From positions 1 to 41,846 of the forward strand of contig NW_021835411.1 of assembly GCF_006345805.1 (NCBI RefSeq): a stretch of DNA of 41,846 nt. Reading direction: 5' to 3'. The stretch is from Octopus sinensis (Eukaryota). Within the stretch, counting starts at the first letter, position 1; each line of letters opens with the position of its first letter. Below, one piece after another: positions 11,330 to 24,191 of this stretch. Below the pieces are notes generated by a model. It was not told the origin of the DNA and ran no database searches. It saw only the letters and a list, made by a program, of their open reading frames with translations. Position numbers and translations under genes: made by a program.

Positions 11330-11705
11330 CATCATCATCATCATCGTTTAGCATCCGCTTTCCATGCTAGCATGGGTTGGACGGTTCTACTGGGGTCTGT
11401 GAAGCCAGAAGGCTTCATCAGGCCCAGTCAGATCTGGCAGTGTTTCTACGGCTGGATGCCCTTCCTAACGCCAACCACTCCGTGAGTGTAGTGGGTGCTT
11501 TTTACGTGCCACCCGCACAGGTGCCAGACAGAGCTGGCAAACGGCCACGAACGGATGGTGCTTTTTACGCGCCACCAGCACGAGGGCCAGGCGAGGCTGG
11601 CAACGGACACGAACGGATGGTGCTTTTTACGTGCCATCAGCACGAGGCCAGTCGGGACGGCGCTGGCAACGGTCGCGAAACGGTTGAACAATGATGATGA
11701 TGATA
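11330..11705 (-). mobile_element. RTE-tail element with 3 diverged VNTR units
   Basis: Same tail motif as 8854-9030; diverged ~63-bp units at 11500-11690. Confidence 0.78.
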
Positions 11706-11859
11706 TGTTTGTCCAGAACTACCACCACCACCGCCTGAAAACCAGTGCTGGCTTGTTTATCTTCCCCTAACTTAGTGGTTCAGCAAAAGAGACGAACAGA
11801 ATGATTACCACGTTAATTCATTCAACGACGGAAAAAAGTAAACAATAAAAAATAAGAGA

Positions 11860-12071
11860 TGCGCACACGCCCACACACGCAGACATACACACATATACAT
11901 ACAACCCCGCACAACACACACACACGCATACATACAACTCTACACACGCACACATGCACACGCACATGCACACACATAGACTCACACCCACACATACACA
12001 CACATAAATACCCCCCACAACCATACATACACCCCCACACACACAGACTCACAGACAGACACACACACATG

Positions 12072-12103
<32 letters not shown>

Positions 12104-12525
12104 CACACACCCGCACGACACACACACACATACATACAACTCCACACACTGACACACACACATACACACACATATGTACCCCCCACACCCATACATACAC
12201 CCCCATACACAGACTCACAGAGACAGACACACACACATGCACACATACACACGCACACACACATGTAACCTCCATACCCATACATACATCCCAGACACAC
12301 ACACATGCACACACACACACACATGCATGCACACACACACACACGCACACACATGCATGCACACACACACACACACACAGACTCACAGAGACAGACACAC
12401 ACACATGCACACACACACACGCACACACATGCATGCACACACAAACACACACAGACACACACACATGCACACACACACACACATGCACACACATGCATGC
12501 ACACACATACACACACTCACACACA
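11860..12525. repeat. (CA)-rich complex microsatellite
   Basis: CA/CACATG tracts. Confidence 0.95.
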
Positions 12526-12882
12526 AGGAACAATCATCGTCTCTTAATTAATCATCGTCAACCAATTAAAAACATCATTGCCTGCTGCTGCCATTTGCTT
12601 TTGTTTCTAATTAACAAAATTAGGTTGATTCAATTATTCACCTCTCGATGCCAATATTCCCATAATTCGTGTGTGGGGTAACATTTTGCAGGCTGGCTGA
12701 AGAAATTTGCGGGGAAAATCTTTTCCATGGGAGTGGAAGCTGTTTTCAGATATAATCCATCCGATTCTTACAAAAATGATAACTCTGTCCAAATTGGTGT
12801 GCTAAATACAAATTGTCGTTTCTGTAGAGCTTTAAAATTATCGGAGATGTACTTGCATAGCAAGTGACTTGATCTGAGATCG

Positions 12883-13309
12883 CAGAGTGGTTGGCGTTAG
12901 GAAGGGCATCCAGCCGTAGAAACACTGCCAGATCAGACTGGAGCCTGGTGCAGCCCCTGGCTTCCCAGACCCCGGTCGAACCGTCCAACCCATGCTAGCA
13001 TGGAAAACGGACGTTAAACGATGATGATGATGATGATGATGATCATGTGCTGAAACGAAAACAGTTGCAGCGTGGAAGGTGTTTGTAAGCCATTTAAGAA
13101 ACACACAAAAGCCGTTTGCGGTCTTAAAGCACCCATTACACTCTCAGAGTGGTTGGCATTAGGAAGAGCATCCAACCATAGAAAACCATGCCAAATCAAA
13201 CTAGAGCCTGGTGCAGCCTTCCAGCTTACCAGCTCAGGTCAAACAGTCCAACTCATGCCAGCATGGACAACAGATATTAAATGATGATGATGATGATGAT
13301 GATGATGAT
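12883..13309 (+). mobile_element. Two RTE-tail fragments (12883-13043, 13141-13309)
   Basis: GTGGTTGGC(G/A)TTAGGAAG...(GAT)n. Confidence 0.78.
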
Positions 13310-13678
13310 ATATAGTGTATATGTTTGTGCATTTGTGTTTGTCCCCCACCCCCACCGTTTTTTCTCTAATTTACATATTATATATTCATATTGTGAAATT
13401 TGATTTAATACTAAATTGAATTTTTCCCTGTAAGTTTGGAGTTATACTCCCTAATATGATTATTATTATTATATATATGTATATATATATATATGCATAT
13501 ATATATATGTATATATATATTTATATATATATATATTCAGCAAAAACAATTAAGATTTAATTGAATTCAAATGAATATGGTACTTAACTTAGATGCACCA
13601 GAATTCTTTATGGTATTAACCATAAAATAATGTGGGGTGATTATAACCAACAAAAAAGCAACAAGAATGGATTAGTAG

Positions 13679-13767
13679 TTTAGTACAATTGTTTCATACT
13701 AAGAGCAATTTTATTTGAAGCTGCAAATATTGCAGCAAATACAAATGTCCAGTATTCATCAGCTAAA
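13679..13767 (-). ncRNA. Putative type I hammerhead ribozyme, canonical core
   Basis: Minus strand TTTAG-CTGATGA-ATACTGG...TTAGTAT-GAAAC-AATT-GT-A^CTAAA: 5-bp stem I, 7-bp stem II, palindromic stem III, predicted cleavage between 13684 and 13683. Confidence 0.8.
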
Positions 13768-13802
13768 TCACTACTAATCCATTCTTGTTGCTTTTTACTT
13801 GG

Positions 13803-13848
<46 letters not shown>

Positions 13849-13879
13849 GTATATATATATATGTATATATATATATGTA

Positions 13880-13950
<71 letters not shown>

Positions 13951-14004
13951 CATACATACATACACATGCATACATACATATGTATATTTCTCTTTATTCT
14001 GCAG

Positions 14005-14235
14005 GCCATGCACTTTTCTTATGGTATGGGAGCTTTCTTAAGTCCGATGGTCGCTGAACCATTCCTGCTAAATGTCGACTGTTCGCCGTTCATCGATGGC
14101 TATCTCGTACAGAATCTGAATTCAAGCCACAACAACATGACCGTAGTAACTGTGCCGCCGTCTCCCGACCAGTTGCTTGTCCTACAAAGGGAGAGTAGAC
14201 TCAAAAATGCCTTCTACATCATCGGAGCCATTCAA
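14005..14235 (+). CDS. MFSD4: MFSD4-family exon B
   Basis: ttctgcag|GCC acceptor, CAA|gtatgt donor, 231 nt, phase 0/0. Reads [77 protein letters not shown], continuing FLQ of exon A. The loop has NSS and NMT sequons. Confidence 0.93.
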
Positions 14236-14244
14236 GTATGTACT

Positions 14245-14473
14245 CCCCTTCTTCCTCTCCTTCTTCTTCTTCTTCTTTTTCTTTTTCTTCTTCTTCTTCT
14301 TCTTCTTCTCTTCTTTTTCCTCCCCATCCTCTTCCTACCTCCCCCTTCTCCATATGCTCCTCCTCCTCCTTCCCTCTCTTCTTCTTCTTCTTCTTCCTTC
14401 TCCCCCTCCTTCCTCTTCTTATCCCCCCTCCTAATCCCCCTCCTCCCCCTCCTCCTCTTCTTCTATTTTTCTT

Positions 14474-14504
<31 letters not shown>

Positions 14505-14521
14505 TTATTATTATTATTATT
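14245..14521. repeat. (CTT/CCT)n polypyrimidine tract followed by (TAT)n
   Basis: Begins about 10 nt after the exon B donor. Confidence 0.95.
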
Positions 14522-14826
14522 GAGTGAGAAAGCAGTAGCAGTGCATGCCACCAAAGTGACACTGGAGTCAAATACACAAAGCCCAGTATACCCATCATGA
14601 GTACCCATCTGATTAGGGTACACCAGGCACATGCATCATAACCACATGTGCACGACATAGCGATCTTATATGAAGATAAACAGCACATGACCTTGCAGGT
14701 GGGACCCAGTTAGAATTTTCTTCAGGTTGATTAGCCCATCCCACTCAAAAGATCTCTGAATAAGGATTGTTTAAGGATGCTGAACGAAACACCCATGTTT
14801 CCATTATTATTAATATTATTATTTTT

Positions 14827-15380
14827 AAGGTGGTGATATGGCAGAATCGTTAGCACGCCAGGCGAAATGCTTAGTGGTATTTTGTCTGCCACTATGTTCT
14901 GAGTTCAAGTTCTGCCGAGGTCAACTTTGCCTTTCATCCTTTCAGGGTCGATAAATTAAGTACCAGTTACACACTGGGGTTGATGTAATCGACTTGACTC
15001 CTTTGTCTGTCCTTGTTTGTCCCCTCTATGTTTAGTCCCTTGTGGGCAATAAAGAAATAGGTGTTCTGTCTGTCTTTACGTTCTGAGTTCAAATTCCGCT
15101 GAGGTCAACTTTGCCTTTCATCCTTTCGGGGTCGATAAATTAAGTACCAGTTATGCACTGGGGTTGATGTAATCGACTTGACTCCTTTGTCTGTCCTTGT
15201 TTGTCCCCTCTATGTTTAGTCCCTTGTGGGCAATAAAGAAATAGGTGTTCTGTCTGTCTTTATGTTCTGAGTTCAATTTCTGCCGAGGTCAACTTTGGTT
15301 TTCATCCTTTCAGGATGGATTAAATAAGCACCAGTCATGTACTGGGGTTCGATATAATTAACTCAATCTCTTCCCGAAAA
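14827..15380 (+). mobile_element. SINE family B with body repeated three times (184-bp period)
   Basis: One head at 14827; GTGTTCTGTCTG restarts at 15061 and 15245. Confidence 0.85.
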
Positions 15381-15523
15381 TTGCCGGCCTTGTGCCAAAC
15401 CTTATTATTATTGTTACTATTGTTATTATTATTATTGTTACTGTTATTATTATTGTATGTCTCTATACTAATGTTCTCTCTCTCTCTCTCTCTCTCTGTC
15501 TCTTTGTTTTTCCCTCTCCACAG

Positions 15524-15632
15524 TTACCAGTAACCATATTAGTGGCGTTTGTGGTGTTTAAGAAAAGTCTGCAGATGACAGGAAACTTCATAGAGCGAGC
15601 AAGTGCCTACATCAAAGAGTCTAGATTACAAG
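15524..15632 (+). CDS. MFSD4: MFSD4-family exon C
   Basis: ctccacag|TTA acceptor, CAAG|gtaaat donor, phase 0/1. Reads LPVTILVAFVVFKKSLQMTGNFIERASAYIKESRLQ: end of a TM helix plus the central loop. Confidence 0.88.
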
Positions 15633-15666
15633 GTAAATAGCATATACATATATACACATATATACC

Positions 15667-16566
15667 TTGAGAGAAATGTTGTACCTAAGAAGCATCAGTT
15701 GTGGTGTGCAAGAGAGACGATTGCGCTGGTATGGTCATGTGGTGAGAATGGATGAAGATAGGTGTGTGAGAAAGTGCCAATCCCTAGCAGTTGAGGGAAC
15801 CCGTGGAAGAGGTAGACCCAGGAAAACCTGGGACGAGGTGGTGAAGCACGACCTTCGGACGTTAGGTCTCACTATGGAATGACTAGAGACCGAGACCTAT
15901 GGAAGTATGCTGTGCGTGAGAAGACCCGGCCAGAACTAGTGAAGCCATAATCCGTGGCCCCTACCTGGGATGTAGTCAGTCCACCTGTGCATACCTTCCT
16001 TCTTGTGACACTTGTGAAGACCTGTTGAGGCAAGTGAGAATCGAATCAAATCAAATCAAATCGAACCAAATCAAAATAGATGAACATCAATGGAATTTGT
16101 ATCCTTGTGGTACCAGTGCCGGTGGCACATAAGAAAACCATCCGAACGTGACCGTAGCCAGTACCGCAACGACTGGCCTCCGTGCTGAGGGCACGTAACA
16201 AACACCATCCGAGCGTGGCCGTCCGCCAGCCCCGTCTGGCACCTGTGTCGGTGACACATAAGAAAACACCATCCGAGCGTGGCTGTCAGCCAGCCTCGTC
16301 TGGCACCTGTGTCAGTGGCACATAAAAAACACCATCCGAGCATGGCCGTCTGCCAGCCTCGTCTGGCACCTGTGTCGGTGGCACATAAAATCACCCACTA
16401 CACTCTCGGAGTGGTTGGCGTTAGGAAGGGCATCCAGCTGTAGAAACACTGCCAGATCTGACTGGCCTGGTGCAGCCTTCGAGCTTGCCAGACCCCAGTT
16501 GAACCGTCCAACACATGCTAGCATGGAAAGCGGACGTTAAACGATGATGATGATGATGATGATGAT
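15667..16566 (+). mobile_element. RTE-clade LINE 3' end (ORF2 C-terminus, 3'UTR with 3 VNTR units, (GAT)n tail)
   Basis: ERRLRWYGHVVRMDEDRCVRKCQSLAVEGTRGRGRPRKTWDEVVKHDL..., with a frameshifted TRDRDLWK. Confidence 0.88.
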
Positions 16567-16610
16567 ACATTTGGTCTCCTATTATTCAAGAAACCAACCT
16601 TTTCTATTGC

Positions 16611-17021
16611 TTGTAGTTTTGTAGTTTGTCCATCGATGCGACGAAGACCATCTAGTCATCATGGGGTGAGGATGGGCTTGTTTTGTGAGTCCGCAGATGG
16701 CTAGTGAGGCCAATCTACAGCCGAAAGAGTCTTTGACAGTGCAGACAGGGAATGGTAGCGCCTGCTACGGGGTTGTTAGCTCTGTTCTTCCTGGCTTGTC
16801 TGTGGCCTTTTGCAGCAGAGATTCTATTGGTCTTGCATGTGTTGGCACCCTTGTGGACAGCTGATCGCCACCCTTCTCTATCTAGAGCAGACTGCTCCCA
16901 AGTGTCATGGTCGATGTTGAAGGCTTTCAGTGAGCTTTTCAGTGTCTCCTTAGAGCGCTTCTTTTGGCCACCTTGTGAGCGCTTTCCCTTTTGCAGCTCA
17001 CCAAAGAGCAATCTTTTTGGT
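16611..17021 (-). mobile_element. Second RTE-family LINE 3' end
   Basis: LFGELQKGKRSQGGQKKRSKETLKSSLKAF..DREGWRSAVHKG...CLHCQRLFRL*IGLTSHLRTH (C2H2-like end); short-repeat tail. Confidence 0.88.
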
Positions 17022-17059
17022 AATTATGCTATCACTAGATAGTCATTGAACCTATACAT

Positions 17060-17320
17060 AGGGAATGAATCATTCCCCTTTAGCTTGGCAAGACCAGTAG
17101 ACCATGGTTTCTGGCTCTTTACTCTTCATCAGTACCAGGCACCTGCCTAATAGACAGCAGTCAATCATCCCTATTCATAATATATAAACAGAGAAATAGC
17201 AGAGTAGGGACGATTAACAGCCATCTCTATCAGGCAGGTGTCCAGTACTGATGAAAGGTAATGACCCAGAAACCATGGCCTACTGGTCTTTCCAAGCTGG
17301 AGGGGAAGGATTCACTCCCT
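17060..17320. mobile_element. Fold-back element whose two arms each carry a hammerhead motif
   Basis: Arms 17060-17176 and 17202-17320 are inverted and roughly 80% similar by eye. Motifs at 17094-17138 (-) and 17242-17286 (+). Confidence 0.75.
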
Positions 17321-17523
17321 TGCTCACAGTATTTTGGACACAGGTTGTGTGTTGATAACCAGCTGGAAAAACCTTTTTCCTGGGGTCAAAATGTAGTAGT
17401 ATAGTTCTTTATAGAACTGCTATGTTTATAGTGGCAAAAAACAACAACACATTACCGTCTAATATTGTAATTACTTATATCTTATTTAAAGAGTTTAAAA
17501 GAAGCTACTTTGCACATTATATG

Positions 17524-17941
17524 CTCTCTCTTTTACTCTTTTACTTGTTTCAGTCATTTGACTGCGGCCATGCTGGAGCACCGCCTTTAATCGAGCAACT
17601 CGACCCCGGGACTTATTCTTTTGTAAGCCCAGTACTTATTCTATCGGTCACTTTTGCCGAACCGCTAGGTGACGGGGACGTAAACACACCAGCATCGGTT
17701 GTCAAACAATACTAGGGGGACAAACACAGACACACAAACATATGCACACACATATATATATATATATATATACATATATACGACAGGCTTCTTTCAGTTT
17801 CCGTCTACCAAATCCACTCACAAGGCATTGGTCGGCCCAAGGCTATAACAGAAGACACTTGCCCAAGATGTCACGCAGTGGGACTGAACCCGGAACCATG
17901 TGGTTGGTAAGCAAGCTACTTACCACACAGCCACTCCTGCG
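17524..17941 (-). mobile_element. SINE family A
   Basis: Full length. Confidence 0.88.
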
Positions 17942-18497
17942 ACTATACATTAGATATATTTCTTTTTTTTGTGCTATTTTCTCCCTAAATGTTATTTGGC
18001 AACTAATTAACATCTACCTAGACCCTATCCAAAAGCCTAATTAGTATTCATAATCTTTACGCTCTAACGAACTTGTATTTCCTAAAACATGCCTTCTGAT
18101 TTAATTACCTTGCCCTCCTACCTCTCTCCACACACAGCACCCTCACCAGTTAACAAATTAAAATTGTTGATTTTTAATTAATTTTCTAATCACAATAGTA
18201 GACATGTGTGTACATCCACCCCTATCTCACCTCATTGTTTAGACATCGCGAAATTAGCCGAGATAAAAATTTCTGTCATTAAACAAAAATAATTAAAAGC
18301 ATAAATATTCCGAAAATATAGGACACCTACATTCACACACAGGTACGCACACATATACATGAGGCCCAACACTTGAAAGGAACTCAGTCACCTATCCTCC
18401 GTGAAGCCCACCGCTCAATTCATACACACACACACACATATCCGAATCAGTTACGCGGCACAGACTCAATGTAGTCTCCTGTAACAACACAATTTTC

Positions 18498-18918
18498 CTC
18501 TCTTTTACTCTTTTACTTGTTTCAGTCATTTGACTGCGGCCATGCTGGAGCACCGCCTTTAGTCGAGCAAATTAACCCCAGGACTTATTCTTTTTGTAAG
18601 CCCAGTACATATTCTATCGGTCTCTTTTGCCGAACCACTAAGTGACGGGGACGTAAACACACCAGCATCGGTTGTCAAGCAATGCTAGAATGACAAACAC
18701 AGACACACAAACACACACACGCATATATATACATATATATATATATACATATATACGACGGGCTTCTTTCAGTTTCCGTCTACCAAATCCACTCACAAGG
18801 CATTGGTCGGCCCGGGGCTATAGCAGAAGACACTTGCCCAAGATGCTACGCAGTGGGACTGAACCCGGAACCATGTGGTTGGTTAGCAAGCTACTTACCA
18901 CACAGCCACTCCTGTGCC
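18498..18918 (-). mobile_element. SINE family A
   Basis: Full length. Confidence 0.88.
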
Positions 18919-19022
18919 TTTTCTGATGTGTCATTCATTTTTGCACTGAGGAGAACGATAAAATGTAATTTAATTAATTTAATTATTAATGGTAATATGT
19001 AATTAAATTTAATTTAATTATA

Positions 19023-19401
19023 GGTGCAGGAGTAGCTGTGTGGTAAGTAGCAGCTTGCTTACCAACCACATGGTTCTGGGTTCAGTCCCACTGCGTGGCA
19101 CCTTGTGCAATTGTCTTCTACTATAGCCTCGGGCTGACCAAACCCTTGTGAATGGATTTCTTGATGGAAACTGAAAGAAGCCCATCGTATATATATGTAT
19201 ATGTATATATAAAGGGAAAGTTTACGAAAATAAACAAAAGACAAAGACAGGTGGTGTACAAAACAAACAGATGTTTTAGTATAGCGCTCAGGAATAGAAA
19301 AAGTCTTTTACGTTTCAAGCCTATGCTCTTCTACAGAAAGGGACACAGAAAAAACAATGTGTGTAGTAGCTAACGATCTATCATATATATGTATATATAT
19401 A

Positions 19402-19434
<33 letters not shown>

Positions 19435-19451
19435 GTGTGTATATATATATC

Positions 19452-19484
<33 letters not shown>

Positions 19485-19720
19485 ATGTATATGTTTGTGT
19501 GTCTGTATGTCCCCGCTAGCATTGCTTAACAACCGATGCTGGAGTGTTCACGTTCATGTAGCTTAGCGGTTCGGCAAGAGAGACTGATAGAATAAGTACT
19601 AGGCTCACAAAGAATAAGTCCTGGGGTCGATTTGCTCAACTAAAGGCGGTGCCCCAGCATGGCTGCAGTCAAATGACTGAAACAAATAAAAGAATAAAAG
19701 AATGAAAGAACATAAGAATA
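19023..19720 (+). mobile_element. SINE family A split at its central (TA)n by a ~170-bp insert
   Basis: Head 19023-19205, insert about 19210-19380, tail 19480-19720. Confidence 0.78.
19305..19340 (-). ncRNA. Minimal hammerhead-like motif (A6>U variant)
   Basis: CTTT-CTGTAGA-A-GAGC-ATAG-GCTT-GAAAC-GT-A^AAAG. Confidence 0.55.
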
Positions 19721-19904
19721 AAGAATATATTCCAGATGTGACCATCCTGTCTTTTATTTAGACATAGATTCAAGGTGCTGTGTAGCTTGGACTATAGACA
19801 TTAAAATATGATGATTATTAAGGACACACATACACACGTTTTAGTTTAGAGTGACACTTAATTGTCCAGAATGTTGTCAACCGGGTCGATTGTAGTTACC
19901 ATGA

Positions 19905-20213
19905 CGATGGTGGTTGCGTTGCTAGTGGTAGTAGTAGTAGTAGTAGTGGTAGTGGTGTAGTAGTACTTGTGGTGTGGTGGTGGTAGTGGTGGTGGTGGTG
20001 GTAGTAGTAGTAGTTGTGGTGCTAGTAGTGGTGGGGGTAGTGGAGGTTGTGGTGGTAGTACTGGTGCTGTGGTGGTGGTGGTGGTGGTGGTGGTGGTAGT
20101 AGTAGTAGTAGAAGTAGTACTAGTTGTAATTGTGGTGGTATTAGTGGTGGGGGTGGAGGTTGTAGTAGTAGTAGTAGTGGTGGTGGTGGTGGTGGTGGTG
20201 GCGGTGGTAGTAC
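19905..20213. repeat. (GGT/AGT)n microsatellite
   Basis: Direct reading. Confidence 0.95.
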
Positions 20214-20278
20214 TCAGAGTCCATTGCACTTTATCAGTGTCCCAGTTTAGTGCTTTTTCTCAAATGTCAGGACAATAT

Positions 20279-20279
<1 letters not shown>

Positions 20280-20309
<30 letters not shown>

Positions 20310-20430
20310 AACATATATACACACACTGAGTCTGCTTGGAAATGTCAATTGGAATGTGTCTGTGTGTGTATGTACATATGTGTATGTACACACACAATAT
20401 ATGTTTGAATGTATATATGTTTACATACAT

Positions 20431-20475
<45 letters not shown>

Positions 20476-21752
20476 TATACATACACACATGCATATATAT
20501 ACATACAAATGTGTCCACACATATTTATATATAAATATGTGTGTATATCTATGTATGCATGTGTGTATATTTAGATATATATGTGTGTGTGTGTGTATAC
20601 GTGTACACACACACGCTCGCACACAAACACATATGCATATACATACAGATATATCTACTCATATATTTATAGGTAAATATGTAAATACATGCACACACAC
20701 ACATACACACACACATACACATACTTACACATGATACATGTATATATATGTGTGTATGCGTGATTACACACATTGGTGTACATATATGCATACATATATG
20801 CACACATACACACATACATACACACATGCATGCACACATACACACACATACATACATACATACATACACACATACATACATTAATACATGTGTGCATGTA
20901 ATTACACACATAAGTATACATACCTACACGCATACATATACATACACACACACAAGTATACATATACATATACACACATACACACATTCATACACACACT
21001 CATACAAACATGCATACACACATACACACGCACATACACACACATACACACATCCATATATACACATATACATACACACACATGCATACACACATATATG
21101 TATACACACATATACACATACATACATGCATACATACACACATACATACATACATACATACACACATACATACGCACATACACACACTTACACACATCCA
21201 TATATACACACATACACACGCACATACACACACATACACACATCCATATATACACATATACATACACACACATGCATACACACATATATGTATACACAGA
21301 TATACACATACATACATGCATGCATACACACATACATACATACATACGCACATACACATACATACACACACATACACACACATACACACACATACATACA
21401 CACATACATACACACATATATGCATGCACACATACACACACACATACATACATACACACATACATACGCACATACACACACATACACACATCCATATATA
21501 CACATATACATACACACATACACACACATACATACACACATATATACATACACAGATATACACATACATACACACATACATACATACATACATACAAACA
21601 TACATACGCACATACACATACATACACACATGCACACCCATACACACATACATACACACATACATACACACATATATGCATGCACACATATACACATACA
21701 TACATGCATACATACACACATACATACATACATACATACATACATAAAAGAA

Positions 21753-21797
<45 letters not shown>

Positions 21798-21805
21798 ATA
21801 TACAC
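20280..21805. repeat. (CA/TACA/TA) complex microsatellite
   Basis: Direct reading; source of the many spurious H/T/Y/V/C ORFs. Confidence 0.95.
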
Positions 21806-22233
21806 ATCTACAACTAGTATATATAACAAGCATATATGGAGCCTGTCTCCAGAAACAGACACCATAGATAATTGAACAATAGTTCTCTCTCTCTCTCATT
21901 TTCTCTCTCTCCAAATTGGATTGATAGAGAAACTGAACCAGTTCCGCTGGTTACAACCACCACCACCACCACCACCACCACCACCACCACACCGCCGCCG
22001 CCGCCGCCGCCGGCGCCACCCATGCCCACTTTGGGGTCTGAAGTACTTAGTTTGTGTGTGCGACCTAGAAAGAGGATCGGGGTATGGATTGTGATAAAAC
22101 TGCTTCGTGAAAGAAATCCTTTGAATAACTATAATTGCTTTAGTTAACTTGCATATCAAGAGATTTCTAATACCTGTGAGTTAATAGACATTGTGTGTGT
22201 ATGTGTGTGTATGTGCATATGTACATGTATGTA

Positions 22234-22363
22234 TCTTTATATATATAAAAGTGAGAATGTGTGTCTGTCTGTTTGTGTGTTTCCCTAAAACTTGAGAACT
22301 ACACAACCAATATCATTCAAATTTTACACATGCCTTACTTAGGGTCCAGGGAGTGTCATTGGC

Positions 22364-22366
<3 letters not shown>
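22234..22366 (+). mobile_element. Truncated 5' end of the Helitron-like element
   Basis: A|TC-TTTATATATATAAAAGTGAGAATGTGTGTCTG..., matching 22730 onward. Confidence 0.6.
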
Positions 22367-22411
<45 letters not shown>

Positions 22412-22729
22412 GCACACACACACACATGCACACACATACACACACACATATATGTATGTGTGCATCTGTATATAGCTCTAATGTATGTGTGTGTATGTGT
22501 GTGTGTGTGGACATCTATTTTTTGCCTGTTTCAGTCATTAGACTGTGGCCATGCTGGGGCAGCACTTTGAAGGTTTTTAGTGCAACGAATCAAGCCTAGT
22601 ACTTTCTTTTCGGTCCATGAACTTACGGGGAACGTAAACTCGCCAACACCGGTTATCAACCTGCGATGGGGGAGGGGCAAACACAAATACGAAGACACAC
22701 GCATATATGCATATGTACGTGTACATCTA

Positions 22730-23901
22730 TCTATATATATATAAAACTGAGAATGTGTGTCTGTCTGTCTGTCTGTGTGTTTCCCTAAAACTTGAGAACT
22801 ACACAACCAATATCATTCAAATTTTACACATGCCTTACTTAGGGTCCAGGGAGTGTCATCAGCAAAATAAATTTTGAACTTTTTGCCTAGGGCGAGCCCA
22901 CAGCAATATCATATCTTCTCCACTACGATTCCCTAAAACTTGAGAACTACACAACCAATTCCGTTCAAATTTTACACATGCCTTACTTAGGGTCCATGTA
23001 GTTTCATGGGCAAAAAAAATGTTCAACTTCTCGCCTAGAGCGAGCCCATAGCAATATCATATCTTCTCCACTATTTCAGTATTACGTGTTAAAAGTGAAA
23101 CAAAAACGTTTCTCTATTTTATGTCAGATACTTTCACTTTAACAATAAAAATAATAATAACAATTGAATTATATGTAGCAAGTAAAAATTAAAATCAAAC
23201 TTAAGTATAATATAATCATAACATAACAAAAGTAAAAATAGCAATTGGTATAAAATTGCATCAATGATTTGAACTTGAATAAGTGGTTTCACATGAATGG
23301 GAATAAATTAAAAATAGAATTAGCGTGCAGAAATGGAATAGTCCAGATGGATAATAAAAAATTAAATTAAAGAAAAGACTATTGTCTATAAAGTATGCAA
23401 TGTAGAGAAAAAAGATTTGAACACATGGAGGAAAGCACCTTCGAAAAGTGTCTTGGTGCGACTATGAAAGGTATCTAATCAGAGGCGGTAAATTCGCCAC
23501 AATAGAAGCAAGGTTCGAGTCAACGTAGTGTGCAGGGGAGTACTCGACTCGAACTTGCAAAGTGGAAATATTTTATTTTTACCTTTATATCTGGGACGTA
23601 GGACATGGCAGAAAAAAATTTTAAATGCCCCCCCCCCCCCCCGAAGTAGAGGTAGGCTGGATTGTAGCCACACTTGTATACAAAAGGGAGGACAAGAACA
23701 ATTGATCGAAATTACAAGAGACAGCCTAACAATTCCAGTCTGTTATGTATTTTGAGTATTGTTATCACTAGCGATATCAAGATATAACTTTGTATTTTGT
23801 ATTTTATGTGTAGATGTACATGTAGTATGTACACATATATTTATACACATATATACATGCACTAGCACTATGACCCGGCAATGACGGGTCTTTAATGCTA
23901 G
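22730..23901 (+). mobile_element. Non-autonomous Helitron-like element
   Basis: 5' A|TC-TATATATATATAAAA; 3' hairpin GACCCG-gcaatga-CGGGTC, 7 nt, then CTAG|T; internal 148-bp tandem duplication (22781, 22929). Confidence 0.62.
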
Positions 23902-23932
<31 letters not shown>

Positions 23933-24147
23933 GCATATGTACTCTTTTACTCTTTTACTTGTTTCAGTCATTTGACTGTGGCCATGCTGTAGCGCCCACT
24001 TTAGTTGAGCAAATCGACCCCCAGGAATTTGTAAGCCTCGTACTTATTCTATCGGTCTCTTTTGCCGAACCGCTAAGTTACAGGGACATAAACACACCAG
24101 CATCAGGGGAACAAATACAGACACACAAACATATACATAAATGTATA

Positions 24148-24191
<44 letters not shown>

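Noticed and set aside
19858-20329. Mucin-like poly-T/poly-V ORFs
   Set aside because: They come from the (GGT/AGT)n microsatellite and have no splice signals.
20260-21875. Long ORFs (up to 375 aa) rich in H/T/Y/I/V/C/M, also at 3248-3672, 11818-12551 and 34356-36920
   Set aside because: They are translations of CA, TA, TG and ACAT microsatellites, which lack stops in several frames; there is no splice or homology support.
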